Virus record (IMG/VR): IMGVR_UViG_3300024996_000135
Coordinates: 1-38,741 of that record
Source: a virus
Taxonomy: Duplodnaviria; Caudoviricetes
Direction: 5' to 3' (one strand)
Length of the DNA: 38,741 nt
This document shows, piece by piece, positions 18,739 through 28,446 of the stretch. Numbering within the stretch: the stretch's first letter is position 1; the number at the start of each line of letters is the position of its first letter. The notes below the pieces were generated by a model. That model made no database searches. It was not told the DNA's origin and worked only from the letters and a program-made list of their open reading frames with translations. The translations under genes were made by a program, and so were the position numbers.

Positions 18739-19785
18739 ATGAAACCTACACGTATTTTACTTGGCTTGATTAAGCTTTTTATTGTAGCCCTATTCGTGGC
18801 TGTACTATTTGACACAAACCCGGTTTTACCATTTGTAACCCTCATTGTGTTGAGCTGTATTGTACCCATGCCAAAAAACGCACTGATGTCCGTTGTGTTG
18901 GAAACTTGGGCTCGTTACATCATTGAGCGATTTTGGAAGGATAATGCCTTCTTGAAGAATACGTTTGATGATAGTGATAATGTTTTAAGTGGCCGCATTG
19001 TTCACATTCCTCAGCCAGGTAGTAAGCCAGCGGTTGTGAAGAACAGAGCCGTATTCCCCGGCACTGCTGTTAGGCGATCCGATACTGATGTAGTGTATGC
19101 ATTGGATGAGTATAGTACCGATCCTACGCACATCCCCAATATAGACGCCATTCACCTTAGTTACAGTAAGCAAGATTCTGTTATGGGCGATCACATGGCT
19201 GTATTGAATGAAACTGTAGCTGATGATTTACTGCTTAAGTGGGCTACCAATGCCGTTATCGTGAAAACTACCGGTGTGGCAGTTGCCCCAATAACTGGCC
19301 AAACAGGCAACCGGAAAGGGTTCCCGCATACAGATTTGCAAAAACTGATGATCCGGATGAATGTAGATAAAGTACCTAAACAAGATCGTTATATTCTTAT
19401 TGACGATAACATGTTCGATTCGTTTTATACGAGCTTAAGCGATACCAACGCAAAAGACTTCAGCCGCTATGCTGATGCCGAGAATGGTATTGTGGGTAAG
19501 CTGCACGGCTTCCACATCATGACCAGGGCAAGCGTGATTGCATTTGCCAATGCGGGCACAGTTAAAGCACTTGGTGCAGCTTTAGGAGCTACAGATCATT
19601 TGGCAAGCCTGGCATGGCACAAAAACAGCCTCGCCACTGCAATTGGTGACATGAAGTTGTTCCAAAATTCAAATGATGCTCTGTACTACGGCGATGTACA
19701 TTCAGCTCTTGTAATGGCAGGCGGTAGAGTGCGTAGAGAAGACGGCCTGGGTATTTACGCCATTGTACAAGATAACGCTGCTTAA
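18739..19785 (+). CDS. major capsid protein with hydrophobic N-terminal extension
   Basis: Follows the protease; VHIPQPGSKP.V.KNR, LSYSKQDSV and VGKLHGFHI motifs. Confidence 0.82.
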   Translation: MKPTRILLGLIKLFIVALFVAVLFDTNPVLPFVTLIVLSCIVPMPKNALMSVVLETWARYIIERFWKDNAFLKNTFDDSDNVLSGRIVHIPQPGSKPAVVKNRAVFPGTAVRRSDTDVVYALDEYSTDPTHIPNIDAIHLSYSKQDSVMGDHMAVLNETVADDLLLKWATNAVIVKTTGVAVAPITGQTGNRKGFPHTDLQKLMIRMNVDKVPKQDRYILIDDNMFDSFYTSLSDTNAKDFSRYADAENGIVGKLHGFHIMTRASVIAFANAGTVKALGAALGATDHLASLAWHKNSLATAIGDMKLFQNSNDALYYGDVHSALVMAGGRVRREDGLGIYAIVQDNAA

Positions 19786-19815
19786 TATTAATTTTTAGTT
19801 GCAGTCCCATCCATA

Positions 19816-19841
19816 AGGAGTAGGCCCGTAAGCCTACTCCT
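19816..19841 (+). terminator. 10-bp hairpin after the capsid gene (attenuator or mRNA stabiliser)
   Basis: AGGAGTAGGC-ccgtaa-GCCTACTCCT with no U tract. Confidence 0.55.
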
Positions 19842-19852
19842 AAATTAAAAAA

Positions 19853-20095
19853 ATGTTTCAACGCATGTCCATAGAAGAAAGGCTCAATGTTTACCTGGCT
19901 GGTATATGTGGAGCGTTTGGTGGAATGATAAAGTTTTCTATGGGCTACCTCACCAATATTTTCATCATTAACCTGTTGGAAGCTGGTATTACAGCAATGG
20001 TGTGTGGTGCGTTGGGTGTAGCAGGCAAAGAGCTCTACGCAATTGTAAAGAATGTGTACATAAAAAGATACAAAAAGAATGAAAAAGTTCCTTGA
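19853..20095 (+). CDS. putative holin or antiholin
   Basis: Two hydrophobic segments and a basic C-terminus, in the lysis cluster. Confidence 0.55.
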   Translation: MFQRMSIEERLNVYLAGICGAFGGMIKFSMGYLTNIFIINLLEAGITAMVCGALGVAGKELYAIVKNVYIKRYKKNEKVP

Positions 20096-20306
20096 AAATA
20101 TTAACCGCACAGATGTTCGCAATATCATAGCCATCCTGTACACATTACTGGTATTGGTATTCATCTATGTGCTGGCATTTAAAGCCGTTCCGGATCAAAA
20201 CAAAGACTTGGTAAACGTGTTGGGCGGTGGCGTATTCTCGGGCGTGGGTGTTATCCTGGGCTTTTATTTCGGATCATCCAAAGCAGACAAAGAAAGCCAT
20301 GGATAA
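20079..20306 (+). CDS. putative holin (two transmembrane helices)
   Basis: Two TM helices ending in GFYFGSS. Confidence 0.65.
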   Translation: MKKFLENINRTDVRNIIAILYTLLVLVFIYVLAFKAVPDQNKDLVNVLGGGVFSGVGVILGFYFGSSKADKESHG

Positions 20307-20739
20307 AGTTATTTGTCTCATAATGCTCATTGCAGTCTTTGGTTGTAATAGCAGCAAAGAGTTCTTTAAAAGCGCAGCAGACAGTACATCAGTTACCAAA
20401 ATTGATAGTGGTGCAATCAAAAGCATCGCTGCCACTGAAACTAAAGATATTGATTGGGGCAAAGAGGTAATTATTTATCCGCCGGTAAGAGACTGTACGA
20501 TTCATAATTATTACCCAACTGCCATTATAAGAGAATGGGGGAAAGATAAAACCAGGACTGAAATTATAAGTAAGGATAGTGGGTGGAAAAGCAAAGCTGA
20601 TAGTCTGCAGGTTGTAAATGAAAACCTGATAAAAAAAAGCGAAACACAGGTTATGAATATATGGCACATCGTAGGGTTGTGCGTTGGCATTTACCTGTTA
20701 CTGTGGGGAGTTAGTAAACTAAAAATATCATTTCGATAA
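20299..20739 (+). CDS. putative unimolecular spanin
   Basis: ATG at 20299; lipoprotein signal MDKVICLIMLIAVFG-C plus C-terminal TM helix IWHIVGLCVGIYLLLWGV. Confidence 0.65.
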   Translation: MDKVICLIMLIAVFGCNSSKEFFKSAADSTSVTKIDSGAIKSIAATETKDIDWGKEVIIYPPVRDCTIHNYYPTAIIREWGKDKTRTEIISKDSGWKSKADSLQVVNENLIKKSETQVMNIWHIVGLCVGIYLLLWGVSKLKISFR

Positions 20740-21212
20740 TGGAACCAACACTTAGCCAAAGGAGCCTTTGTATTGCTGCAAGTCAGGAGGGAGTGAGTGA
20801 GCGGCCAAAAAACAGCAACAGCGGCCCTGAAGTTAATCAGTATTTAAAAAGCATTGGCCTTGGCCCCGGTTACTCTTGGTGTATGGCTTTTGTTTATTGG
20901 TGCGTAAATAAAGCTGCAGCAGAAATGAGCATAAAGAATCCGTTAATAAAAACGGGTGGCGTTTTACGGCAATGGAATGAAACATCGTGTAGGAAAATTC
21001 CGAAAACCAGTAGAGCTGTAAAACCCGGAGATATTTTTATTATGGAGTTTTCAAAAGGCAGGGGGCATACCGGTTTTGTTGCGAAAGTTGAAGGTTCATT
21101 GGTTCACACAATAGAAGGAAATACGAATGACGATGGAAGCCGGGAAGGTTACGAAGTGGCCAAGAGAGTAAGAACAATTTCGGGTATGAAGGGATTTATA
21201 CAACTCACATAA
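20739..21212 (+). CDS. CHAP-domain endolysin
   Basis: WCMAFVYW (Cys), GHTGFV (His) and TIEGNT motifs. Confidence 0.9.
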   Translation: MEPTLSQRSLCIAASQEGVSERPKNSNSGPEVNQYLKSIGLGPGYSWCMAFVYWCVNKAAAEMSIKNPLIKTGGVLRQWNETSCRKIPKTSRAVKPGDIFIMEFSKGRGHTGFVAKVEGSLVHTIEGNTNDDGSREGYEVAKRVRTISGMKGFIQLT

Positions 21213-21223
21213 ATTTTCAAAAT

Positions 21224-21577
21224 ATGAACAAAGATCAAGCAGCCAAAGTAGCGGCTCCGTTTTTCAAAACTTATCCAACAGCAAAAGAATTTCATGTAAC
21301 CAGTGATGAGCAAGTTTTTGAGGTAAAAGTAAATGCCGATAATCATGCTAAAAGCCTGGGGAAAGATAAAGATGCAGTGATCTCCATTTTGCGGAACGAA
21401 AATTTAAAATCTGCGGAACCATCTGCAAAGGAAGTGCTGGAAAATAAAATAGCCAGCCCTTCTGCAAAAGTTGGTAAGGGCAAGGATAAGAAGGCAAATG
21501 AAAAAATAGACAAAGAATTGGAGGAAGCCAAAGAAGCTCTTGCTGCGATTCCCGTGGTAGAAGGGGCAGGAGAATAA
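21224..21577 (+). CDS. hypothetical Lys/Glu-rich protein
   Basis: 117 aa; FHVTSDEQVF...A.NHA N-terminal motif; precedes the sheath gene. Confidence 0.6.
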   Translation: MNKDQAAKVAAPFFKTYPTAKEFHVTSDEQVFEVKVNADNHAKSLGKDKDAVISILRNENLKSAEPSAKEVLENKIASPSAKVGKGKDKKANEKIDKELEEAKEALAAIPVVEGAGE

Positions 21578-21606
21578 TACATTAATAACTTTTATTTAGA
21601 AATATC

Positions 21607-22839
21607 ATGCGTCCAAATGTAAGTGTAAGCATATTGAATGGTGGCCTCAACCTGGCCAATCCCAGTGAAAACGGCACCAGCGTATTGTTGGTAGCATCGC
21701 CACTGGCACCGGTTGCCGGTTATGGTGTGGCATTTTTATGCCGCAACAAAAAAGAGGTAGAGACCGCATTTGCCCAGGCTGGCAATGAAGCAGTCGTTAC
21801 GGCTATTAATAATGGTTTCTATGCGGAGGCTCCGGAAGGCACCAAATTATATGTGCTTGCGATGGCACCAACCACCACATTAAAAACTTTGGTTTCTGCT
21901 GCTAATGCCAATAAGCCTTTAAATCTGGCTACTTCACAAGCAAGGCTTTTGGCTGCTGTAAAATTTCCAAGTGGCGCCTACGTGCCGGAGATCACAGACG
22001 GGTTTGATACCGATGTACACAACGCTGTTGTGGACGCACAAACCCTGGCAGATGCCTGGCTCGCTCAAAAAAGGCCCTTCCGATTCTTTATAGAAGGATT
22101 CGCTTTTGCTGCTGCAGCAGCTGCAAAAGATTATAGCACAGATAATAAACGCAATGGTGCCATCATTGTTGGTAAAATCAATGACAGCACAGCGCAATTA
22201 ACGCTGCTGGCAATGGGTAGAGCTGCATCAGGTGAGCCGCAGCAAAATATTGGCCGCATCAAATCAGGTGCATTAAAAATTGCCGAAACAGCGGTTGTTA
22301 AAATAGGCGCAAATACTATTGAGCTTACCGATACAACTGATTTGGAAACATTGCATACCAAACGCTATATAGTAATTGAGCGGAATGAAATTGGTACCGG
22401 CTATGTTTTCAATGATGACAACATGCTAACCGAGCCTGCGGATGATTTCAATAACCTGGCGAATGGCCGAGTGATTGATAATGCCACCCGTGTTGCTTAC
22501 CTAGCCTATTACCAGGAACTAAAAGATGATGTGTTTGTAGACGAAGATGGGCGCTTAAATGCCGCTGCCGAAAAAGCCCTGGAGACTAAAATCGAAATGG
22601 CCATAGCCAATCAAATGAGCGGCCAATTGTCGCAAAAGAAGGATGGATCACCATCAGTAAAATGCCTGGTAAACCCTGATGCAAATAAGTATGCGGCTTT
22701 GTATGCATCTGCTGGCATCACTAACCCAAATTTCAACATCCTTCAAACAAATACGGTATACATATTCTTACAGGTTCAGCCAAAGGGTTGCCTTAAATAT
22801 ATCAATGTGTATCTGGGCCTTACTAGTAACCTTAATTAA
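21607..22839 (+). CDS. tail sheath protein (DUF2586-like)
   Basis: 410 aa; NIGRIKSG and NGRVIDNATR motifs; upstream of the tube gene. Confidence 0.8.
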   Translation: MRPNVSVSILNGGLNLANPSENGTSVLLVASPLAPVAGYGVAFLCRNKKEVETAFAQAGNEAVVTAINNGFYAEAPEGTKLYVLAMAPTTTLKTLVSAANANKPLNLATSQARLLAAVKFPSGAYVPEITDGFDTDVHNAVVDAQTLADAWLAQKRPFRFFIEGFAFAAAAAAKDYSTDNKRNGAIIVGKINDSTAQLTLLAMGRAASGEPQQNIGRIKSGALKIAETAVVKIGANTIELTDTTDLETLHTKRYIVIERNEIGTGYVFNDDNMLTEPADDFNNLANGRVIDNATRVAYLAYYQELKDDVFVDEDGRLNAAAEKALETKIEMAIANQMSGQLSQKKDGSPSVKCLVNPDANKYAALYASAGITNPNFNILQTNTVYIFLQVQPKGCLKYINVYLGLTSNLN

Positions 22840-22861
22840 TCAATTTTAAAACCGTTTTAAA

Positions 22862-23293
22862 ATGAGTTTTAATAGTAGAGAATTCGAATTTGCCGATATA
22901 AAAGTAAGTATGCTGGGCGTAACGCTAGAGGGCTTACGTGGCCTTACTTATAAAAAATCGTGGGAAAAAGAAGTGGTGTATGGAGCAGGCAACGAAGGCC
23001 GAGCTGTACAGCGTGGTAATAAAAAATACGAGGGCAGCCTGTCTCTTTTAAAAAGTGATATGGATGTACTTGACCAGGCTGCAAGAGATGCAGGGTATGA
23101 CGGCATAGTAGATGTGCCCGGTAAGCTCATTGATATTACCTGTGTGTATCAAAAAGAAGAAGATAAGGCAGGCCTGTCAAGTGTAGGACTGATCAATGTT
23201 GAATTCACGGAATTTGAAGATGGAATGAAACAGGGAGACAAGTTTAAGGAAGTGACATTGCCATTCATTTTCTTACGCTTAAAACAGCAATAA
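22862..23293 (+). CDS. tail tube protein
   Basis: FNSREFEFADI, YGAGNE...QRGNKKYEG and MKQGDKF.EV.LPF motifs. Confidence 0.8.
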   Translation: MSFNSREFEFADIKVSMLGVTLEGLRGLTYKKSWEKEVVYGAGNEGRAVQRGNKKYEGSLSLLKSDMDVLDQAARDAGYDGIVDVPGKLIDITCVYQKEEDKAGLSSVGLINVEFTEFEDGMKQGDKFKEVTLPFIFLRLKQQ

Positions 23294-23318
23294 TTATTTA
23301 TTTATAAACTCAACCAAC

Positions 23319-23621
23319 ATGAACGAAGAAAAAGTATCTGCAGACCAAATACAAGCCTGGAAGGAAAAATATGGCAAAGTGTTTAAATACGAAGTAGAAG
23401 GCAAAGTGGCTTACCTGCGGCCCGTTGATAGAAACACATATTCCCTGGCAGCCAGCAAAGTAACGAGTGCCGGCCCGAACAAATTCAACGAGGTAGTGAT
23501 CAATGGTATTTGGCTAGGCGGTGATGAATGTATTCGCACAGAGGATAGCTATTATTTTGGTCTGATTGAATTCGTTGAAGAATTAATGGCAAAAAAGAAA
23601 GGTAACCTGGGGGAGTGTTAA
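23319..23621 (+). CDS. tail assembly chaperone (G-like)
   Basis: QIQAWKEKYG; located between the tube and tape measure genes. Confidence 0.75.
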   Translation: MNEEKVSADQIQAWKEKYGKVFKYEVEGKVAYLRPVDRNTYSLAASKVTSAGPNKFNEVVINGIWLGGDECIRTEDSYYFGLIEFVEELMAKKKGNLGEC

Positions 23622-23800
23622 GCGCTGCAAAAGGCGATTTCGAAGCAAACCCAATTCAATATATCAATCTCCAATTACGCTATCATCTTGGGCTTACAAA
23701 GCAGGAATTAAATGAAATGACGGATGAAGAATGGGCAGAACATTATGCCATTCTAGAGAATATTAGAAAAGCAGAAGCAGCAAGAAAGCCATTTGGATAA
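23609..23800 (+). CDS. tail chaperone T-like extension (-1 frame)
   Basis: Open -1 frame reachable at G GGG GAG (23609-23615); in-frame GTG at 23615. Confidence 0.6.
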   Translation, partial: GGVLSAAKGDFEANPIQYINLQLRYHLGLTKQELNEMTDEEWAEHYAILENIRKAEAARKPFG

Positions 23801-23821
23801 AACCGATGGCTTTCTATTTTA
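23783..23821 (+). terminator. hairpin or weak terminator before the tape measure gene
   Basis: AGAAAGCCAT (23783-23792) pairs with ATGGCTTTCT (23806-23815), followed by ATTTTT. Confidence 0.5.
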
Positions 23822-23825
23822 TAAC

Positions 23826-25571
23826 ATGAGCAATACACTTGAATACATACTGAAGCTGAAAGATATGCTTACTCCTAGCATGCGCCAGGCGGCCAGCATA
23901 AGTAATTCCAGTGCCGTGCAAATTCAGCAACAGTTTGATAAAATAGATAAATCCGGTAAAAAGATGGCCAGCAGCGTAGACGAGTTACGCCAGCGGCTGG
24001 ATGCTGTAAATAAAGTGCGCTTTGGTACTCAGGTACAAAGGGAGTTTGATATTGCCACCAGGGCAGCTAATAAACTGGAAAGGCAGATAGATCAGATGGA
24101 GGGTAAAGGAAAGAAAGGTGCAGGAAGTGGCGGCATGCTCGGTGGTATTGTAAAGGGCAATTTAATTAGTAGAGGTATTGAAACAGGACTTGGCATTATA
24201 AAGGACGGGATTGGCGACACTTACCAATCCGCCTTAAAAGATTCGAGCTTACGCACAGCCATCAACAGCACTACAGGCGGCCAGGGTGCCGAAGCCGTAA
24301 AGAAAACAAGTGCTATTAGCGATAAGTATGGGTTGAATTATGAAGCCAGCCTGGAAGGGGTAAAAACTTTGACCGGCGGGTTAAAAAGCATGAATATGCC
24401 TTTAGCCGAACAGATGAAAATATTTGAAGGTGTTAGTACAGGTATAGCGGCAATGAAGCTGGGTGCAGAGGAAAGTAAAGGTGCCATGCTTGCACTTGGG
24501 CAAATGGCCAGTAAAGGAGTAGTGTCTGCGGAAGAATTAAGAGGCCAACTCGGCGAAAGAATACCCGGTGCGTTTGGTATAGCTGCCAAATCAATGGGGG
24601 TAACAGAAGCGCAGCTGGGCAAGATGCTTGAAAGAGGTGAAATAGCTGCAAAAGACTTTTTGCCAAAGTTTGCCGCCGAAATGCAAAAAACATTTGGTGA
24701 AGATGCTTTGAAAGCAGCTAATGGCCCGGCAGCCATGCAAGAGCGTTTTAATAATGCCATTTACAATATGAAGGTGGCCATAGGTGAAGGATTGATGCCT
24801 GTAATTACTCCGGTAATTCAAAAGCTTACCGAACTGGCGACCATAGTAATTCCATATATACAAAGCGGAATTGAGTATGTAATAAGCTTGTTTCAATCTG
24901 TTAACAGCGGTACAAGCGAATGGAGCGAATACATCAATATAGTGCGCTCCATACTTATATCAAGCTGGAACACCATAAAATCGCTGGCTTCAAATGTGTG
25001 GAACATTGTAAGCGGCATCGTGGAATGGGTGAAAAAAAGCGAATTGATGAAAGATTTGGCATGGGCAATAGGAAAAGCTTTTGAGGGCATACAATGGGTA
25101 ATTAAACAAATAGGTGATGCCATTGAATGGATATGGGATAATACCATTAAACCAATACTTGATGCCGTAGAATGGATTTACAGCAATATAAAAGGTTTGT
25201 TTGGCGGTGGAAAAACAGAAGTAGTAGTTACAGATGGCACAAGAACTGCAACCATAGCAGCACAACCGGCCTTTGATAATTCAGAATTTGAAAAAGCCCA
25301 ATTTGCTTTTGATGCAAAACATGCGAAAAATAAAATGCTTGGTGTAACTACACCAATTAATCCCAAGAATAATGGCGGGCTATCATCTTCCAAAAGCGAC
25401 AGCATCAACAACGGAGGCCAAAAAAGCATTGTAATTAATATTGGCAAGATTGGAGAAAAAATAGAGCAGCATATAGTAGGTGGCACAAAAGAAGCAGCCG
25501 AAGGTTTTGCTTCAGTAGTTCGTGAAGAAGTACTGCGCACTTTGTACAGTTTAAATAATGTAGCCGTATGA
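23826..25571 (+). CDS. tape measure protein
   Basis: ATG at 23826; ALGQMASKGVVSAEELRGQLGERIPGA tape-measure domain and Trp-periodic amphipathic repeats. Confidence 0.9.
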   Translation: MSNTLEYILKLKDMLTPSMRQAASISNSSAVQIQQQFDKIDKSGKKMASSVDELRQRLDAVNKVRFGTQVQREFDIATRAANKLERQIDQMEGKGKKGAGSGGMLGGIVKGNLISRGIETGLGIIKDGIGDTYQSALKDSSLRTAINSTTGGQGAEAVKKTSAISDKYGLNYEASLEGVKTLTGGLKSMNMPLAEQMKIFEGVSTGIAAMKLGAEESKGAMLALGQMASKGVVSAEELRGQLGERIPGAFGIAAKSMGVTEAQLGKMLERGEIAAKDFLPKFAAEMQKTFGEDALKAANGPAAMQERFNNAIYNMKVAIGEGLMPVITPVIQKLTELATIVIPYIQSGIEYVISLFQSVNSGTSEWSEYINIVRSILISSWNTIKSLASNVWNIVSGIVEWVKKSELMKDLAWAIGKAFEGIQWVIKQIGDAIEWIWDNTIKPILDAVEWIYSNIKGLFGGGKTEVVVTDGTRTATIAAQPAFDNSEFEKAQFAFDAKHAKNKMLGVTTPINPKNNGGLSSSKSDSINNGGQKSIVINIGKIGEKIEQHIVGGTKEAAEGFASVVREEVLRTLYSLNNVAV

Positions 25572-26155
25572 GTTTAGCTCTTGATAATATTTACCTGCAA
25601 GCTTTTGGCACGGAGCCTCCTTTGGCTGATGCTAACAGGTTTAATATAGAAGCCGCACCCGGTCGCAAGAATACGAGCAGCCTTGGCCAACCGTATTATG
25701 AAACAGATCTGTTGGGTAGGGAGTTTTTCTTACCTGTACGGCTTGATGGTTTGCTGATTCCATTCGCTGTGGTAGGGATCACCGAAAAGAAAACGATTGT
25801 AAGCACACCGATGCCTGAACGTGGTGGTAGTGTAAAAGAAATGATAAGCGTGGATGATTACTTGTTCAATATTAAAGGCATACTCATCAATGATGCGGAT
25901 GAATGGCCGGAAGCTGAAATTATTGCACTGCATAAGTTATTTGAAAAAAATGAGAGCCTCATATTGCGTAGTGCCATTACCGATATTTTTTTAAACGGCT
26001 CAGCTGAGCACCGGGTGGTGGTTAAGCAAATAAGCTGGCCATCAGTTAGCGGCGTTGAAAATGCAAAGCCATTTGAAATGGAACTGGAAAGCGATATGAT
26101 TTTTAACCTGGAGTTGGAGAAACTATTTGTTGGCCCTGTAAATATTGGTGTGTAA
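25568..26155 (+). CDS. tail tube initiator-like protein (DUF6046-like)
   Basis: KKTIVST...R.GSVKE.IS.DDY...IKG and LESD motifs. Confidence 0.65.
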   Translation: MSLALDNIYLQAFGTEPPLADANRFNIEAAPGRKNTSSLGQPYYETDLLGREFFLPVRLDGLLIPFAVVGITEKKTIVSTPMPERGGSVKEMISVDDYLFNIKGILINDADEWPEAEIIALHKLFEKNESLILRSAITDIFLNGSAEHRVVVKQISWPSVSGVENAKPFEMELESDMIFNLELEKLFVGPVNIGV

Positions 26156-27144
26156 TGTTTTCACTCTGCAGTAAAATATCAATGGGGCAGTTTGTTGGCA
26201 TAAAGCCTAACGAGGTTAAAATTGATAAAAGCATCTTTGAATTTGTAGACAAGGCCACAATAAAACTACCTATTACTGCACGGATAAAAAGAGATGGAGA
26301 AATTATTACAACCAGTATTGAAACAGCCAAGCAGTTTAAAGAAGGTGATTTTGTAAAAATTGAGTTGGGATATAACAAGCAATATTATTCGGAGTTTGAG
26401 GGGTTTATAGCCCGCATCAATTTCACACAGCCGCTGGAGGTAGAGTGCGAAGGTTATAGTTACCAGCTCCGCAAAAAAACATTGCTTAAAACATTTGTAA
26501 ATGCTCAATTAAAGGACATTTTAAAGTTCATTATAGAGGGCACTGATATTAAACTTGATGCGGACATTCCTATTTTCAAAATAGAAAAGATGGTACTGGC
26601 GAAACATAATGGTGTAGAAGCTTTGGAGATGATAAAAAAGATAAGTGCCGGAACGATCAGAATGTACTTTACTGGCAAAATATTATATGCCGGTTTGCTT
26701 TATCTGCCACCTAAAAAAACGGTTAAATACCTGATTGGCTGGAATGTGATAAAAGATAATAACCTAAAGCTGAGAGAAGCCAAGAATCAGGAAGTGACGG
26801 TGAATATGATTGGCGAAAAAAAAGACGGCAGTAAAGTAAAAGTAATAACCAGTTCCGGGAAGGCGGGTACAAGGGGTGAAACTAAAGTTATAAAAACACA
26901 TGCTGTTACTGATGAGGCAACATTAAAAGCAATGGCAGCGGCAAAACAAAAACAGCTAAGCTTTAATGGTTACGAGGGTAAAATAACAGCTTTCGGATCA
27001 CCATACTGTGAACCTGGTTATAAATGCGAATTGGGCGATAATAAATATAAAGAGCGTGGCGGTAATTATATAGTGGAAAGTACTTCGGTTACTTATGGCA
27101 TGAGTGGGTACCGGCGCACAGTTGGCATCGGTGCAAAATTATAA
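26155..27144 (+). CDS. baseplate hub (gpD/gp44-like)
   Basis: IELGY...EFEGFI, ECEGY and GYEGKITAFG.P motifs. Confidence 0.75.
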   Translation: MFSLCSKISMGQFVGIKPNEVKIDKSIFEFVDKATIKLPITARIKRDGEIITTSIETAKQFKEGDFVKIELGYNKQYYSEFEGFIARINFTQPLEVECEGYSYQLRKKTLLKTFVNAQLKDILKFIIEGTDIKLDADIPIFKIEKMVLAKHNGVEALEMIKKISAGTIRMYFTGKILYAGLLYLPPKKTVKYLIGWNVIKDNNLKLREAKNQEVTVNMIGEKKDGSKVKVITSSGKAGTRGETKVIKTHAVTDEATLKAMAAAKQKQLSFNGYEGKITAFGSPYCEPGYKCELGDNKYKERGGNYIVESTSVTYGMSGYRRTVGIGAKL

Positions 27145-27145
27145 A

Positions 27146-27628
27146 ATGGGAGCAACAGAAGATAATATAAAGGAGCAGTTAGGAGCATTTGCTAATAAAT
27201 ATGGCCCTTCCATCATTATGCCGGCAAAGGTGCTGGCTGTAAATGAAAATGACTGTACGATTGAAATTGAATTTAGCGATGAAAGTAAAATTGATGATGC
27301 AAGACTTAGAAGTGTTATTAAGGCAGGGAATAAAATCGTGCAGTTCCCATCCGTGGGCTCGATGGTATTGGTTGGGCGTATTGACGGCTCAGACGATTAT
27401 GTTGTATTGGCTATTGAAGCAATAGATTTCGAGTTGGTTGAGATCGATGGCACCCAATTCAAGATTGCGGCCAGTGGCTTTACAATCAAAAAGGGAACCG
27501 ATAATTTAAAAGATGCAATGATTAAAATAATTGAAGCTGTAGAAAAAATAGTGGTACTACAAGGCACCAACCCGGATCGGCTAAAACTGGCATCAGCAAA
27601 AGAAATGATAACAAACATATTTAACTAA
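27146..27628 (+). CDS. baseplate spike (gpV/gp45-like)
   Basis: ATG at 27146; OB-fold-like RLRS...FPSVGSMVLVG. Confidence 0.65.
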   Translation: MGATEDNIKEQLGAFANKYGPSIIMPAKVLAVNENDCTIEIEFSDESKIDDARLRSVIKAGNKIVQFPSVGSMVLVGRIDGSDDYVVLAIEAIDFELVEIDGTQFKIAASGFTIKKGTDNLKDAMIKIIEAVEKIVVLQGTNPDRLKLASAKEMITNIFN

Positions 27629-27870
27629 TGGCTTTAAATAAAACAACGCTGGGCACAGCTTTAAACAATGCAACCAATGCCTGGAATGATGTGGCAATTT
27701 CTGATGCAGACTTACCAGCAGCCAGGCAGGCATATTGGGAAAAAGTTGCTGAATGCATTATAGATCATTTTAAAACGGCTATTGAAATAAAAATACCCGG
27801 TAATGGGCTACTGGCTCCGAGTGGTGGTGGTGCTGTAACCGGGACATCAACAACGGGAACAATTTTATAA
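27628..27870 (+). CDS. small baseplate protein (possible spike tip)
   Basis: 80 aa with Gly/Thr-rich C-terminus; follows the spike gene. Confidence 0.5.
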   Translation: MALNKTTLGTALNNATNAWNDVAISDADLPAARQAYWEKVAECIIDHFKTAIEIKIPGNGLLAPSGGGAVTGTSTTGTIL

Positions 27871-28175
27871 TGACTGATTTTTTATTAAATGATGAATATG
27901 ACCTGCTTTTTATCGCTGGCGATTTTGCAGCCGGAAACAGTGACGTGCAGCACCAGGTACTTTTATTATTAACAGATAAGGGAGACTGGAAAGAAGCTCC
28001 AACGGTAGGTGTTGGAATTGATCTGTGGCTAAAAGATAACGATGGGGATGGTTTATTAGGAGAAATAAAAAAAGAGTTTGAACGGGATGGGCTGACGGTT
28101 AAAAATATTGAAATAGGAACTAATGGAAAATTAAACATTGATGCAAGTTATACGGAAACACCAAACGCTATTTGA
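27870..28175 (+). CDS. baseplate wedge protein (gp25/gp46-like)
   Basis: GDF..G.S..QH..LLL...KG.WKE.PT.GVGI motif. Confidence 0.65.
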   Translation: MTDFLLNDEYDLLFIAGDFAAGNSDVQHQVLLLLTDKGDWKEAPTVGVGIDLWLKDNDGDGLLGEIKKEFERDGLTVKNIEIGTNGKLNIDASYTETPNAI

Positions 28176-28446
28176 TTTTACGTGCCAGCATTGCGGCAGT
28201 ATGGAAGCTGTCTTTGTTTTTGCAATGCTGAATGGCATTGGCATTACAGATGAAGTGCCTCCGGGAACGCAACTAGAAACTGTGGTAGTGGATAATAAAG
28301 TGGTGGCTGATTATGTAAAGAGTAAACTAGTGATTGCAACAGCATTTGCGATGCCATTTATACCCAGCGGAGGTATTGGCTTTATGCGCATCATGCCGGG
28401 TAGTTCACAGGAGAATAATTGGAATAATGGGTTTAAAGTAAGTTAA
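28141..28446 (+). CDS. LysM/tail X-like baseplate protein
   Basis: QTLFD...QHCGS.EA.F..A.LNG.GITD...PG..L motif. Confidence 0.65.
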   Translation: MQVIRKHQTLFDFTCQHCGSMEAVFVFAMLNGIGITDEVPPGTQLETVVVDNKVVADYVKSKLVIATAFAMPFIPSGGIGFMRIMPGSSQENNWNNGFKVS

